A DNA stretch of 64,000 nucleotides, from assembly GCA_033763315.1 (NCBI GenBank), contig JANRKS010000022.1:107166-171165 (forward strand), given 5' to 3'. The notes beneath the pieces were generated by a model. The model was not told where the DNA came from. It worked only from the letters and a program-made list of their open reading frames with translations, and made no database searches. Both the position numbers and the translations under genes were made by a program. Origin of the DNA: Deltaproteobacteria bacterium. GTDB taxonomy: Bacteria; Myxococcota_A; Polyangia; Fen-1088. This document shows positions 9,641-19,542 of the stretch, in pieces. Position 1 is the first letter of the stretch; each line of letters begins with the position of its first letter.

Positions 9641-10981
9641 ATGCGGCCTATGGGAAACGCAAGTAGTCTGTCTCGTCGCACCCTCATGCAAGTTGCAGCG
9701 GCCGGAGCCGTCGCACCTCTGTTAACCCGATCTAACCGCGTGTGGGGTGCCAACGAGCGCATCTCGTTGGGGTTCATTGGTTGTGGTGGCATCACCAAAG
9801 CGCACTTTGAGGCGCTGGGCGATATGAAGGACGCCGAAGTGATCGCGGCCTGCGACATCGACGAGAAGCGCGCCGGCGATATGGCCGCCCAATGCAACAA
9901 GCGCTACGGCCGCACGCCAGAGCTTTACGCTGATTTTCGCAAACTTCTTGAACGCAAAGACATCGACGCCGTGTTCGTGGCGTCACCTGATCACTGGCAC
10001 GGACTGCACCTCATCCACGCCTGTGAGGCAGGCAAAGACGTTTATGTTGAAAAGCCCTTGAGCTTCACCGTGGGCGAAGGCCGCGCGATGGTCAAAGCCG
10101 CCGAAAAGCACAAACGTGTGGTGCAGGTGGGCACGCAACAGCGTTCAAACAAGATCTACCAAGACACGATCGACTACATTCGTTCGGGCAAGCTCGGCCG
10201 TGTAAGCGAAGTGCAAACGTGGAACGTCTATAACGGTGCTGGCATGGGCGCGCCCGCTGACGGCGATCCACCCGCGGGCGTTGATTATGATTTTTGGCTG
10301 GGCCCCGCACCCAAGCGCGCGTTCAACGCAAAACGTTTCCACGGCAGCTGGCGGTACTTCCGCGACTATGGCGGCGGGTACGTCACCGATTGGAACACGC
10401 ACCACCAAGACATCGTACATCTGGCCATGGATAGCTGGTCGCCGAAATCCGTGGCGATGGACGGCTTCGTGGTGAACACCGACGACAACCGCGATATGCC
10501 CGATACAGCGAAGGTGACGTTCACCTACGATGCGCCCCAAGGCGAATTCATCTCAACGTACACCGTTCGGCGCGGTAACCAGCGGCCGCCTGACATGGAT
10601 CTGACGCATTCGGATCACGGCATCGCCTTTTACGGCAAAAACGGCACGCTCGTGATCACACGTTCCGGCTGGACGGTCTATGGCGAAAGCCGCAAGGACA
10701 CACCCGTGAAGAACGAAGGCGATACCAAGATGCAACCACACGTGCGCAACTTCTTGGACTGCATTCGAAGCCGCAACAAGACCACAAGCGACATCGCCAG
10801 CATGCATATGTCAACGCTGGTCAACCACATCGCCAACATTTCGTGGCGCGTGGGCCGCAAGGTCTACTGGAACGCAAAAACGGAAACGCTGTTTGCCGAC
10901 GCCGCGCTCAAACAAAGCGACAAGGAAGCCAACAAACTGTTGTTCCGCGATCCGCGCAAGCCCTGGAAGTTCCCGGCCTAA
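9641..10981 (+). CDS. Tat-exported Gfo/Idh/MocA oxidoreductase
   Basis: SRRTL Tat motif, FIGCGG Rossmann fold, PDHWH, YVEKP, VQVGTQQRS, WLGPAP. Confidence 0.92.
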   Translation: MRPMGNASSLSRRTLMQVAAAGAVAPLLTRSNRVWGANERISLGFIGCGGITKAHFEALGDMKDAEVIAACDIDEKRAGDMAAQCNKRYGRTPELYADFRKLLERKDIDAVFVASPDHWHGLHLIHACEAGKDVYVEKPLSFTVGEGRAMVKAAEKHKRVVQVGTQQRSNKIYQDTIDYIRSGKLGRVSEVQTWNVYNGAGMGAPADGDPPAGVDYDFWLGPAPKRAFNAKRFHGSWRYFRDYGGGYVTDWNTHHQDIVHLAMDSWSPKSVAMDGFVVNTDDNRDMPDTAKVTFTYDAPQGEFISTYTVRRGNQRPPDMDLTHSDHGIAFYGKNGTLVITRSGWTVYGESRKDTPVKNEGDTKMQPHVRNFLDCIRSRNKTTSDIASMHMSTLVNHIANISWRVGRKVYWNAKTETLFADAALKQSDKEANKLLFRDPRKPWKFPA

Positions 10982-10994
10982 GCGCCGGCAAGCG

Positions 10995-11028
10995 CGCACG
11001 GAGGGGGCGCCAGGCCTCCTTCCGTGCG
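10995..11028. terminator. Hairpin between convergent genes
   Basis: CGCACGGAGGGGGC-gccag-GCCTCCTTCCGTGCG inverted repeat; no U-tract. Confidence 0.55.
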
Positions 11029-11040
11029 GCCGCTGCGGTG

Positions 11041-11475
11041 CTATTCAACTTCTTGGCGAATCACGATCTTGTTCGAGGGGCTGCCCACCTCGGCGGACTC
11101 TTCAGCCGTCACAAGCACCGTGAATTCATCATAAGCGCACGTGGCTTCAGCCTTGCCCACGCGTTCATCTTTGTCGTACTGCAAGTGACCCGCCTTTTGA
11201 GTGGGCTGCCCCTTGGCGGTGAACCAAACCACAAACGCTTCGGCGTCTTCGGCCACGCGATCGGGCGGTGGCAAGTTTTGAATGTCGATGGTCACAAGCT
11301 TGTTGCCCGTTTCACGCTTTTCAACCTTGATGTTGGCGTCAGCGCTGGCCGATGTGCCTGTGCCCGTAACGTAGTATTTGTTCGGCCCACCACAGGCCAC
11401 CAAGCCACCTGCACCGATAAGTGCCGCACCCAACAACACACGTTGGGACAAAGTCGAAGCAAAGCGAAAGTTCAT
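11041..11475 (-). CDS. Small lipoprotein (RskA C-terminal-like beta domain)
   Basis: Lipobox LVAC; NLPPP...FVVW...G.L...VLVTAE...PS pattern; AAAGGA RBS. Confidence 0.75.
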   Translation of the reverse strand: MNFRFASTLSQRVLLGAALIGAGGLVACGGPNKYYVTGTGTSASADANIKVEKRETGNKLVTIDIQNLPPPDRVAEDAEAFVVWFTAKGQPTQKAGHLQYDKDERVGKAEATCAYDEFTVLVTAEESAEVGSPSNKIVIRQEVE

Positions 11476-11563
11476 TGATCGGTTCCTTTCGTAAATAGGT
11501 GTGGCGAAGCCACGGGCGCAGAGTTTACACCCTTTCCGCGCCCATACACACCATGGCCCGCCG

Positions 11564-12553
11564 TCACGGCTTGGCGGGCACCGCCGACGCCAAAAGTGGC
11601 GCGAGCACGGCGGCCAACGCAACGTCATCTTCGGGCACATTCACTCCCTTGTACAAGAACCACGTTTCTGTGTGTTCCGCGCTGCCGCCCGCGGCAATGG
11701 GTCGCAAGGGAGCCAATGATTCGACCTCGATGAAATCGCCCGCGGTGTAGACCTCGGTGTTGCTGCCGAAATCCGTGTAGATAGCCCCCTCGAAAAAAGG
11801 CATGCGCTTGACGAACAGGGTGCCGGCATTGGCATAAGCCACCCAACCTAGGTGGTTGCCAAAGCCTACTTTTTGTGGCGCTTTGGCGGCGCTGTCGGTG
11901 CGCAGGCGCGTGAACTTCGGTCCAAACGAAAACCGCTTGTCGGCCAAATTCGTATACGCCCACAGCGCCATGGGCCGCACGGGCAACAGAGCCTCGGGGT
12001 GAGGGCGCACGGGCTCGTTGGGCACAAGCGCCACGCCACCGCCACGCAACACCGAGATCGCCCACGGCGCCGCTTCGATGGCCCACGGCCCCACGTTCTT
12101 GAGGCGGTGAATCACAGTGACCCGTGTGCCGGTGGGATCAAGACGCACTTCGATTTCCTTTTGCAAATGCGTGGGCGCTTCGGGAGCCGCGGTGAACCTG
12201 ACGTGCCCTGGTGCCAGCACCGTGATCTGTGGCGGCGCGTTGTCTGGCACATAAGAACGCCCCGCTTGCTCAGGCGCGTGCCACAAACGATGGCCGCCCC
12301 ACAAGGTGAATTTCGTCAGGTCAATGGATTCGCCCTGCGGAGGCATCTCGGCAAACACATTCGCGGCGCCTGCGAAACCATAGCTCAACACCCGCGGCCC
12401 CACGTCACGTGTCACCACCACATCCACGGTTCCGTTCGACAGCTTCGTGCAGCGTTGATTCCTCAAGCACGTGACATCGGTGCTGGTGACTTTCGCAGAC
12501 ACCGAAGAGCCCCAACTCAAAACCCCAAGAAGCACAACCCAGGCAATACGCAT
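11564..12553 (-). CDS. Secreted galactose-mutarotase-like (DUF4380-type) protein
   Basis: Signal peptide; VTRDVGPRVL, GGHRLWHAPE, IEVESLAPL, HTETW. Confidence 0.7.
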   Translation of the reverse strand: MRIAWVVLLGVLSWGSSVSAKVTSTDVTCLRNQRCTKLSNGTVDVVVTRDVGPRVLSYGFAGAANVFAEMPPQGESIDLTKFTLWGGHRLWHAPEQAGRSYVPDNAPPQITVLAPGHVRFTAAPEAPTHLQKEIEVRLDPTGTRVTVIHRLKNVGPWAIEAAPWAISVLRGGGVALVPNEPVRPHPEALLPVRPMALWAYTNLADKRFSFGPKFTRLRTDSAAKAPQKVGFGNHLGWVAYANAGTLFVKRMPFFEGAIYTDFGSNTEVYTAGDFIEVESLAPLRPIAAGGSAEHTETWFLYKGVNVPEDDVALAAVLAPLLASAVPAKP

Positions 12554-12607
12554 ATCCGCGTTTTCGCACAAACCACAGGCCGCCGGAAACGCAAAACGCG
12601 CGGCGGC

Positions 12608-14719
12608 TCAAACAACGAACATCAACATGCGCCCGATCACGGCGGGCAGCACCGATCGCGAGGCGGCAAAGGCAAGCACGGACACGAACTGCACCGCCAT
12701 CACAGGCCACGACAACGCCGATGTGTTGGCCACCACCGACACGAACGTCGCGACCGCCACCGTGCGCCAGCTCCACCCAAAACGCTGTTGCAGCGAACGC
12801 GCAAGCAAGGCGCGCAAAATCAGCTCTTCACTGCACACCATCACCAACGGCGCAGGCGCGGCGCCGCCATACACGCGCAAGCCGGCACACGCGGCGCCCG
12901 CAAACACCAGCGCGCCGAACGATCGCAACAACGCTTGGCCACGCCAATTCGCCAACAGCGCGGGCACCGCCTCGCCACGCCGTCGCAAGCCACGCCGTAT
13001 CGAGACCAAGAACAACCAAACGCCCAGGCCCACCAACGCCGCCCACACAGCGGCACCCATTTGAGATTCCTGCACCGACAGGCCCGCGGGCGCGGCCACC
13101 AACAGCTGCACGCCGCAAAACAACAGCACGCACGCCAACGCACCATCGCCCGTCGTCAAGGGACGCGGCCGCCCTGGATCAAGGGCCGATTCCGCGCGGT
13201 GCACGCCGGTGGACCACACCAAACCAACAGCGGTGGCGTAAAGCACCAACGTGCGCGCCGCCAGCACACCATCGCGCAGCAACGCCACATTGAAAAGCCC
13301 CGCCACCATCAAGAACACATAGACGGTGCCGGGCCCCAAAGCGTTGCGGCCATCATCGGAAAGATCGGCCGCGTTGCAACCCACCCCCACGGCCAACACA
13401 CACAGAAGCCCGCTGCCGAACACGACGAGCGCCAGCGTGCGCCACAGCTCCACGTCGCGCAGAGAGTCGCCGCCCAACACGGTCATGGCGGCGTAAGCCA
13501 AAAGCCCCACGCCCACGATGATCCACAACCACGCGCGCGCCTTGCCCCACATCAAGCGCCACAACGGCACCGGCACCGATCGCAAGATCCAAAACGCGCG
13601 GCGTTCACCCTGCATGTGCGGCAACGGCCCGAGCGTCGCCAAATACGCCGCCAACGAATAAGCCACCAAGCCTGCACGGCGCGGACCTGTGCCTAAGGCG
13701 TCCATGCCCACGGCACCAAACAGTTGCACACCCACAAACAGAAACGGCATCGCCAACAGCGACACGAAACGCGCCCGATCGCGCACCAGCATGCGCCACT
13801 CTTTGCCCGCGATCGAAAGCGCCGCGCCCGTCCGCGGTGACAAGGACTCGGTGTCGTAAGGCAGCCCGGCATCCTGCCACCCGCGTCGGGAGGACCACGC
13901 GGCCACGCCCGCGGCCCCCACCACGCTCGCCAGCGCAAAACCAACCAGCGCCAGCAGCCACACCGTGGCTTGTGCACCACCGGCGCGTAACGCGAGCAAC
14001 GGGTTGCACAAGATCATCAGCGAGGTGTGATTCAGAAAACCTGCGTAGGGCGAAACCACCTGCACAAATTGTTGCGGCTGCCGCAACACAAATGAAGCCA
14101 ACGCCCACAACATCGCAACCGCCAACGCAGACACAAGGCCAAACGCCGTTGCCAGGGCGCGCCGGCGGCGCAGTGGCACGCGCCCCAACAAGCCCAAACT
14201 CACACATTGCCCGCAACCGGTCAGGCTGATCTGCACGATCACGGAGATCGCCAACGCCATCACGAAGCCCCGGGCCCCCAACCTCCACACATAGGCCGCC
14301 GCCGCCAGTACGGGCAGCAAAAACAACGAGCCCCAAAAATCCAAGATGGCCGACGCGAACGCACGCGCGGCCACCAACGCTGGCAAGCTCACAGGGCGCG
14401 CCAAAAAGAACTCGTTCTCACCCGTCCCCGCCACCACCGCATCGCCGCCCGTGATCTTCGACATCAAGCTGGCCAGCGTTAAACCCCACACCACAACAGA
14501 TAACGTTGCCGCTTGCACAGGCCAAGGCGCCACCTGCGCCACCACGCCGAACGCGGAAATGAACAAGCCCACGTAGGTGAGGGGTAACAGCAAGGCCACC
14601 ACGCCCAACCAGCGGCTACCAGAATGGCCACCGCGACGAAAGCTGTGCCACGTGTGGCGCAAACGAAAGCGCACCAACACGCGCACCAAACGCCACACGC
14701 TCGCGAGGCCGGTGGTCAT
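12608..14719 (-). CDS. ABC exporter permease, multi-TM, with a possible degenerate CAAX-protease tail
   Basis: Many TM helices; IAGKEWRMLVRD and ERRAFWILRSVPV; ATGA overlap with the ATPase gene; C-terminal SEELILRALL. Confidence 0.8.
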   Translation of the reverse strand: MTTGLASVWRLVRVLVRFRLRHTWHSFRRGGHSGSRWLGVVALLLPLTYVGLFISAFGVVAQVAPWPVQAATLSVVVWGLTLASLMSKITGGDAVVAGTGENEFFLARPVSLPALVAARAFASAILDFWGSLFLLPVLAAAAYVWRLGARGFVMALAISVIVQISLTGCGQCVSLGLLGRVPLRRRRALATAFGLVSALAVAMLWALASFVLRQPQQFVQVVSPYAGFLNHTSLMILCNPLLALRAGGAQATVWLLALVGFALASVVGAAGVAAWSSRRGWQDAGLPYDTESLSPRTGAALSIAGKEWRMLVRDRARFVSLLAMPFLFVGVQLFGAVGMDALGTGPRRAGLVAYSLAAYLATLGPLPHMQGERRAFWILRSVPVPLWRLMWGKARAWLWIIVGVGLLAYAAMTVLGGDSLRDVELWRTLALVVFGSGLLCVLAVGVGCNAADLSDDGRNALGPGTVYVFLMVAGLFNVALLRDGVLAARTLVLYATAVGLVWSTGVHRAESALDPGRPRPLTTGDGALACVLLFCGVQLLVAAPAGLSVQESQMGAAVWAALVGLGVWLFLVSIRRGLRRRGEAVPALLANWRGQALLRSFGALVFAGAACAGLRVYGGAAPAPLVMVCSEELILRALLARSLQQRFGWSWRTVAVATFVSVVANTSALSWPVMAVQFVSVLAFAASRSVLPAVIGRMLMFVV

Positions 14720-15447
14720 GGGGCGGGCGGCGCCAGCAATTTTATGAACACGTCTTCCAACGACGCCGCGCCATCGTTGCCATGCAGCTTCTGCAAGGTC
14801 GCGGGTTCGTCCACGGCCAGCAAGCGACCCGCGGAAATGATCGCCACGCGGTGGCACAGGCGTTCGGCGGTCTCCAAAAGGTGCGTTGAAAGAAAAACGG
14901 TTTTCCCTTCACGCGCCAGTTGCGCGACCAAATCTTTCATCTGCTTGGCGGCCATCGGATCCAAGCCGTTGGTGGGCTCATCCAAGATGAGCACTTGCGG
15001 ATCGTGTAGCAACGCCGCCGCCAAGGCGACGCGCTTCTTCGTGCCGTGTGAATACGTCATGCAAAACCGCGGCGCCTCTGCCCCCACATAACGTTCCGCC
15101 AAGGCGCCGGCTTTGCGACGCGCCTCTGCCCCGGTAAAACCATGCAGCCCCGCCACCATCTCTAAGAACTCCAGCCCAGAAAGATACGGATACAAAAACG
15201 GCTCGTCGGGCAGGTACCCAACCACACGCTTGAGCGCCACGCTGTCGCTGTGACAGTCCTTGCCCAAGATCTGCGCCGTGCCGCTGGTCGGGCGCAATAG
15301 GCCCATCAACAACCGAATCGTGGTGGTCTTGCCCGAGCCGTTCGGCCCCAAAAAGCCCATCACTTCGCCCGCGTTCACCTGCAAGGTCAGGCTGTCTAAA
15401 GCCACCTTGTCCCCGTAACGTTTGCCAAGCGCGCGCGTTTCGATCAT
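14716..15447 (-). CDS. ABC transporter ATP-binding protein
   Basis: GPNGSGKTT, YSHGTKKR signature variant, LILDEPTNGLDP, STH. Confidence 0.95.
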   Translation of the reverse strand: MIETRALGKRYGDKVALDSLTLQVNAGEVMGFLGPNGSGKTTTIRLLMGLLRPTSGTAQILGKDCHSDSVALKRVVGYLPDEPFLYPYLSGLEFLEMVAGLHGFTGAEARRKAGALAERYVGAEAPRFCMTYSHGTKKRVALAAALLHDPQVLILDEPTNGLDPMAAKQMKDLVAQLAREGKTVFLSTHLLETAERLCHRVAIISAGRLLAVDEPATLQKLHGNDGAASLEDVFIKLLAPPAP

Positions 15448-15470
15448 CGAGTCGCGCCCGGGCTTCGCTC

Positions 15471-17147
15471 CTACGAGCCCGACAACACCAGCGTAAAGCC
15501 GGTCTCGTAATCTTCGCCGCCAGCGGGGAAGTGCCAGCGATTCACGGCTTGCTTCAAGCAATCATGGACGGCATTTAGTGCAGGAGGTGAGCTTAACGCC
15601 ACCGACTTGACTTTGCCCGAGATGCCGATGTTGACCGTAACTTCGATGCGGCCGCCGGCCTGGCTGCCTGTGCGGCGCAAAACGCGGTTGTAGCAGAGCT
15701 TCACAGCGTCTTGGTTCTCTTTGCGTCGAACCACGTTGCCAATCGCCGCTTGATCCACAGGTGCAGAAGCGGCCACAGGTTTGCGCGTAGGTAAGGCGCG
15801 GCGTTCGGCCAAGCCAAGGTCCACCTTGCGCTCGCCATTGTCGAGCTTGATGTTCTCTGCACCTGCCGGGGCCGGTGCCAAAGGCGGCGGCGCCAACGGA
15901 TCTACGGTTGGTTTCGCACCGGCCACCGGCTTCTTGCCGCCGGCGGCGGGACGCGGATCACCACCCACGTGCGCCACTTTGTTGCCGCCCGGCTGATCCG
16001 GGAACCACTTGTTCGCCTCTTCGGCGGCCGCGCGCTCCACCTCTTCAGGCGTCTTGCCACCCGGCTCATTTGCCGCCGGTTTGTTCTGCACGGCCGAACC
16101 TTTCGGCGTGTTGCTGCCATAGCCGGTCACGGCTGCGGTCACGGCCGCGCCCAACAGAAGCACCACGAAGGCGATGGCGCCGATCTTCAGGGCCGGCTTG
16201 CGCGAAACCCGCCCGCCCAAGCTCATGACCTGCGACAGGCCAGATTCGCCTCCCATGCTCATGTTCGGCGCCAAAGGCGCAGGGGCCACGTGGTTGGCCG
16301 GCCCCGGGTTGGCGGCGGGCGGCGGGAAGAACGGGGTTGATGGCGCGTCGCTGAAAAGATCCAACGGAGGCCTCGCCGCGGCGGCATGTCCGTTGTTGCC
16401 GTTGACATGCGAACCGTTGGCGTGCCCACCTTGCATGCCCACCAGGTTGGCAACGGGCGTCTTCTGATCGTCGTCCTCGGGGCCCACCAATGTCGACGAA
16501 CTGCCCATCATGTCGGCCGCGAGCGCCGCCGACAGGGGTTGGATCTGCGTGGCCTCGCCTTCGTCGAACGCGCCCAAGTGGTCGGCGGCGCGCACGGACG
16601 AGGCCACGGCCATGGCAGCCCCGCCGCCTGGTGACCGCCCCGCTGACTGAGCCAAAGCCGCCAAGGGCTTCGCGGCCGGCAAACCTGGAGACGTAGGCGG
16701 TCGCGGTGGGGGTGCCACGCGTCCCCCCGGCGCCGACTTCGCTTGCGCAAGCGCACGTTCGATTTCCGGAACCTTCGCGGGCTCCTTCCAGCCGTCGAGG
16801 CCCTCTTTCCAAACGAAGATCTCGGCGCCCGGCTTTTGCGCCAGCACCTGCGCGGCGAGTTGCGCTTTCGTGAACGGTCCCTTCTGCTGGCCATCCACGG
16901 CCAAATGCCATTCGGGTCGATCCGTCACAACCGCCGGCGGTGCGGGGCGCGGGGGCGGCGGCAAAGACGCTGTGGCCGGGCGCGGAGCCGCGGGCTTCGC
17001 TGCCTCGGGCGAGGCCTCGGAAACCGCACTGTCACGCAACGTGATGACGTTGTCGCATGACTTGCAGCGAATCTTCAGAATCTTCTGCCGGACCTTTTCG
17101 TCAGCGATCGAATAACGGGTCCCGCAGCGCTCACAGAGGAACTTCAT
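15471..17147 (-). CDS. AgmX/GltJ-type gliding motility protein
   Basis: N-terminal Zn ribbon (CERC...CKSC), GYF_2 domain (WHLAVDGQQKGP...WKEGLDGW), Pro-rich linker, single TM, TonB-C-like C-terminus (CY...C...W.FP). Confidence 0.8.
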   Translation of the reverse strand: MKFLCERCGTRYSIADEKVRQKILKIRCKSCDNVITLRDSAVSEASPEAAKPAAPRPATASLPPPPRPAPPAVVTDRPEWHLAVDGQQKGPFTKAQLAAQVLAQKPGAEIFVWKEGLDGWKEPAKVPEIERALAQAKSAPGGRVAPPPRPPTSPGLPAAKPLAALAQSAGRSPGGGAAMAVASSVRAADHLGAFDEGEATQIQPLSAALAADMMGSSSTLVGPEDDDQKTPVANLVGMQGGHANGSHVNGNNGHAAAARPPLDLFSDAPSTPFFPPPAANPGPANHVAPAPLAPNMSMGGESGLSQVMSLGGRVSRKPALKIGAIAFVVLLLGAAVTAAVTGYGSNTPKGSAVQNKPAANEPGGKTPEEVERAAAEEANKWFPDQPGGNKVAHVGGDPRPAAGGKKPVAGAKPTVDPLAPPPLAPAPAGAENIKLDNGERKVDLGLAERRALPTRKPVAASAPVDQAAIGNVVRRKENQDAVKLCYNRVLRRTGSQAGGRIEVTVNIGISGKVKSVALSSPPALNAVHDCLKQAVNRWHFPAGGEDYETGFTLVLSGS

Positions 17148-17360
17148 CCAGAATCTCGGGGGATTTCCCTAGGGTTTCCAAGCTTTGGTGTCGGCCAGAA
17201 AAGCTAATATATGCGTAGAGTCGTGAAATGGAAAGCAGGAGTCTGGCATCAAGGCATGCTCTTTCTCGCGGGTGCAAGTACATCGGCGCTTCCCCACCGA
17301 ACGTGAGCCACTACCTTCGAGTTTTTGTGCCTGCAACGCATGTGTAACCTGGCGGCAAAA

Positions 17361-18644
17361 TCACGCGTCTGCTCCGCCAAATAAGCGTTTCCAGAACGAC
17401 GCCCGCGTCTTCTTCTCCGCCGCCGCTGCGACTGTCGGTAACGAAGGCATAGTGTGGGGCTTTGACGCAGAACTGACAGCGAAAGTTTTGGGTGCGGACA
17501 CTTGCTTGGGGACAGGCCCTGCAACAGTGGGAGGTTCAGCGCTGGCCACCCGCCATCCGCCGGCGGCGCCTCGATCAAAGTCGAGCTCCTCGTCCTCGAA
17601 GTCATCGTCTTCACCACTGAACGCGGCAGCCCGGCGGCGGCCTGAATCGAGGACCGCCACGTCCGGGTTTTCGATCGCGCTTACGTAGGCGGCCACCTGG
17701 CGGTCGCCGATGCGTTCCGGCAACGAGGCGATGAACGCGTCCAGCTCACGGCCAAATTCCTCGGCCGAGGGGTAGCGGTCCTCGGGCCGCTTGGCCAAGG
17801 CCTTCATCACGATTTTCTCAAGCGCCGGCGGGTAATCCCTATCAATAAAGGTGGGGGGCCGGATTTGCTCCTCCACGATGCGCTTCATGATCACCTGGGG
17901 CTTGCCGCGGTAAAGCCGCTTACCCAGCGTGATCTCGTAAAGGATGATGCCCAGCGAGAACACGTCCGACCGGCCATCGAGCGGCTGCCCCTGCACCTGC
18001 TCGGGCGACATATATGAGTACTTGCCCGCGCGGCTTTCTGAATCTTCCTTCTTGTGACCCGCGTCCGTGGCAATCCCGAAATCGATGATCTTCGTGTGGC
18101 CGCGGTCGCTGATGATGATGTTGGTGGGCGAGATGTCTCGGTGGATCACGTGGAGCGGCTTGCCGCTGCGATCCTTGCTGCCGTACATGTAGGCCAACCC
18201 TTCGGCCACCTGTTCACAAATGAACGCCGCCACCCCCAAAGGCAGCGGCTGCCCCACCTCCAAGCCGCGCCCGATGAGCTGCGTGAGGATGCGGCCCTCA
18301 ATGTATTCCATCGCGATGAAGTGCTCGCCGTCTTGTTCGCCGGCGTCATAGACGTCGACGATCGAAGGGTGGTTCAGGCGCGAGCCGATGCGCGCCTCAT
18401 CTCGAAACATGGCCACCACCTGGTCGTTGTTTTGGTAGCGCCCCTGCAGCAGCTTTACGACCAACTCTTTGTGAAAACCACCAACCGCGTCGTTGGTGGC
18501 CAAGAAGATCTCCGCCATGCCGCCCGAATCCAGGTGCTCGACGATGGTGTAACGGCCCAGCTTTCGCCCGCGGTAAGCGGAGAACGCAGGTTTATCCGCA
18601 TCGTCTTGCCGGCCACCCATCATCTTTGCTTTGGCTTGCTGCAC
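17361..18644 (-). CDS. Hanks-type Ser/Thr protein kinase, no TM segment
   Basis: GGMAEIF, VVK, HRDISPTN, DFG, YMSPEQ, DVFSLG. Confidence 0.95.
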   Translation of the reverse strand: MQQAKAKMMGGRQDDADKPAFSAYRGRKLGRYTIVEHLDSGGMAEIFLATNDAVGGFHKELVVKLLQGRYQNNDQVVAMFRDEARIGSRLNHPSIVDVYDAGEQDGEHFIAMEYIEGRILTQLIGRGLEVGQPLPLGVAAFICEQVAEGLAYMYGSKDRSGKPLHVIHRDISPTNIIISDRGHTKIIDFGIATDAGHKKEDSESRAGKYSYMSPEQVQGQPLDGRSDVFSLGIILYEITLGKRLYRGKPQVIMKRIVEEQIRPPTFIDRDYPPALEKIVMKALAKRPEDRYPSAEEFGRELDAFIASLPERIGDRQVAAYVSAIENPDVAVLDSGRRRAAAFSGEDDDFEDEELDFDRGAAGGWRVASAEPPTVAGPVPKQVSAPKTFAVSSASKPHTMPSLPTVAAAAEKKTRASFWKRLFGGADA

Positions 18645-18698
18645 GTACTGCTCTTTTCTCAGTAGACCCGAAAGTCACCCATACCCACAAGCTCTTGT

Positions 18699-19451
18699 TT
18701 AGTTTCCGCGGTTCAAAAGCATCGTTGCGTCGGACAGCAGTCGATCCACCACATCCGCATCCGTCGGATCGTAATAACCCCGAATTTTTAACTGTGCGTC
18801 TACCAGCACCAGATGCGTGCCGTGGAACAAACTCGCAAAGTCCTGTTCGCCCTGAGGAGCCTGGTCACCCATCGCCATTTTCAAGCCGCCCTCCACCGTG
18901 GCGCGAATGTCATCCAAAGGCCCCGTAAGAAGGTGCCACATGCGGGGGCTAACCTTGTGTTTCTGTGCATACGCGTTTAAAACAGCCGGCGTGTCGTAAG
19001 TGGGATCAACGCTGAACGATACGATTTTGAAGCCGGGCACCAAATTGCGCGCCCGGCGTTGCACCTGCGAGAGCTTCGCCGTGATGGCGGGGCAAATGGT
19101 GGGGCAACGGGTGAAGATAAAACTGGCCACCCAAACGTTTCCCGTAAGCTCGGCGCTGCCCACGGTGTGCCCCTCTTGATCCGTAAAGGAAAAGGCACCC
19201 AATTGCCCGAGCACAGGCAAAGGCGGGCGCGGCGGCCGCAGCACCTGATTCATCACGGGAACAAGCAACCCCAGCAGAATGACCAACGCCCAAAAGTGTG
19301 GCTTGGCCACCAGCCGTGACACAGACGCCTGCAGGCGCGCGCCCGCCGGCCGAGCGGCAACAACCGGGGCAACCGGGGTGACAGACATGACCGCGGTAGA
19401 TACCACAAAGCCGAGGCGCACGGCAGCCGTTGCGACACGCACGCGCCCCAT
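18699..19451 (-). CDS. SCO family copper chaperone
   Basis: FTRCPTICP (CxxxC), SVDP..DT, conserved His in HGTHLVLVD; divergent from the cox operon. Confidence 0.93.
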   Translation of the reverse strand: MGRVRVATAAVRLGFVVSTAVMSVTPVAPVVAARPAGARLQASVSRLVAKPHFWALVILLGLLVPVMNQVLRPPRPPLPVLGQLGAFSFTDQEGHTVGSAELTGNVWVASFIFTRCPTICPAITAKLSQVQRRARNLVPGFKIVSFSVDPTYDTPAVLNAYAQKHKVSPRMWHLLTGPLDDIRATVEGGLKMAMGDQAPQGEQDFASLFHGTHLVLVDAQLKIRGYYDPTDADVVDRLLSDATMLLNRGN

Positions 19452-19542
19452 GTGCGGAAGGTCCGCTCGCGCGGCGCAAAGCTTTGATTGCCGCCACGCA
19501 TCGGTTGCCAGGGGATGTCATTCTTGATATCAGGCTCAGGCA

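Noticed and set aside
11852-13696. 614-aa plus-strand ORF
   Set aside because: Antisense shadow of the permease and DUF4380-like genes; Arg/His/Gln-rich with no motifs.
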